From NCBI GenBank assembly GCA_024137785.1, contig JAHRHZ010000032.1, positions 13,453,768-13,504,732 on the forward strand: DNA of 50,965 bases. The letters are read 5' to 3'. This DNA comes from Ginglymostoma cirratum. Taxonomy: Eukaryota. The translations under genes and the position numbers were made by a program. This document shows positions 50,101-50,965 of this stretch, piece by piece (the first letter of the stretch is position 1; each line of letters starts with the position of its first letter). Under the pieces are notes generated by a model. It saw nothing but the letters and a program-made list of their open reading frames with translations. It did no database searches and was not told the DNA's origin.

Positions 50101-50441
50101 CGTGACCTGTCTGTCTTCCCTCCCACCTACCCGCCCCTCCCTCCTCACTGACCAACCCCCATCCCAACTCCCTACCTATACTCACATTGACTGGCTTCAA
50201 CCCCGCCTCCTTGATCTGTCCATCTTCTCTCCACCTATCTGTTCCTTTATCCACCTTCAATCATTGCCTCCCCGTCTCTCTATTTATTTCAGAGCCCCCT
50301 CCTCCTCCTCCATTTCTGAAGAAGGGTCCAGACCCAAAACATCAGCTTTTCTGCTCCTCTGATGCTGCCTGGCCTGCTGTGTTCATCCAGCTCCACACCT
50401 TGTTATCTCAAACTCCAACATCGGCAGTTCCTCCTATCTCT
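47181..50441 (-). mobile_element. Second Penelope-like element: long minus-strand arm (47181-~49582) and inverted plus-strand 3' arm (~49583-50441)
   Basis: Minus-strand ORF pieces LSKGLTFIP, MDVQSLYTCIPH..GVAMGT, LHYIDD and LVYCIRCSRCGLLYIGES. The plus arm repeats the EN end and 3' terminus. Perfect 14-bp TSD CAGTTTAGCATCAT at 47167-47180 and 50442-50455. Confidence 0.95.
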
Positions 50442-50683
50442 CAGTTTAGCATCATGACATTTGTGTGAAAAAGAAATTGTCAGAGTTGAAGGTGTACTGG
50501 TGACAAGTGACCACCAGATGGTGGAACAGTCATACACTACCTATATCAGAGTCTTGTTTATTTATACCAGTTCACAAGATCGAGTAAATGCAAAAGGACA
50601 TGAGGCTCTAATTATTCACCAAAACTATCATTGTTATCAGCATCATGACTGTAATGTTGAATGGGCAACTAGATGGACTCTGT

Positions 50684-50965
50684 GATAACAAGCATGGGGC
50701 TGGATGAGCACAGCAGGTCAAGCAGCATCATAGGAGCAGGAAAACTTGACGTTTCGGGCCTAAACCCTTCATCAGAAATGGGGGAGGGGAAGAGGGTTCT
50801 GAAATAAATAGGGAGAGAGGGGGAGGCGGATAGAGGATGGATAGAGGAGAGGATAGGTGGAGAGGAGGCAGACAGGTCGAAGAGGCGGGGATGGAGCCAG
50901 TAAAGGTGAGTGTAGGTAGGGGGGGAGGGAGGAGATAGGTCAGTCCAGGGAGGACGGACAGGTCA
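50684..50965 (-). mobile_element. 3' terminal region of a third PLE insertion, continues beyond the window
   Basis: Near-identical to 31213-31495, including an intact hammerhead motif. Confidence 0.9.
50744..50779 (-). ncRNA. Intact minimal hammerhead motif
   Basis: AUUU-CUGAUGA-A-GGGUU-UA-GGCCC-GAAA-CGUC-AAGU; stem I AUUU/AAGU. Confidence 0.8.

Overview
Vertebrate genomic DNA, most likely a shark or other cartilaginous fish (inferred from HE1-type V-SINEs, Deu-domain SINE, CR1/Rex1/Tx1 LINE relics). About half the window is transposon-derived. One host gene can be assembled by hand on the minus strand (ATG 25388, stop 13994). It encodes a single-IgV type I membrane receptor: signal exon, CD2/SLAM-like V exon, N-glycosylated stalk, TM exon and a tail ending EDDDIYESMGRVPQ. 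It has a candidate GPI-type alternative exon and an ISRE-like promoter motif. The most striking system is a set of Penelope-like elements (PLEs; RT plus GIY-YIG). There are two large inverted-arm insertions, a third running off the window end, and at least three sequence families of ~170-250 bp non-coding fold-back mini-elements. All families carry a minimal hammerhead-ribozyme motif (CUGANGA-A-stem II-GAAA-palindrome). Seven insertions are flanked by 13-15 bp target-site duplications, and the terminal tail is present on only one arm. Also present: a decayed Gypsy element, a two-gene Harbinger relic, an endogenous retrovirus pol relic and a 218-bp perfect inverted repeat. Boundaries of old repeats are approximate; no database searches were run.
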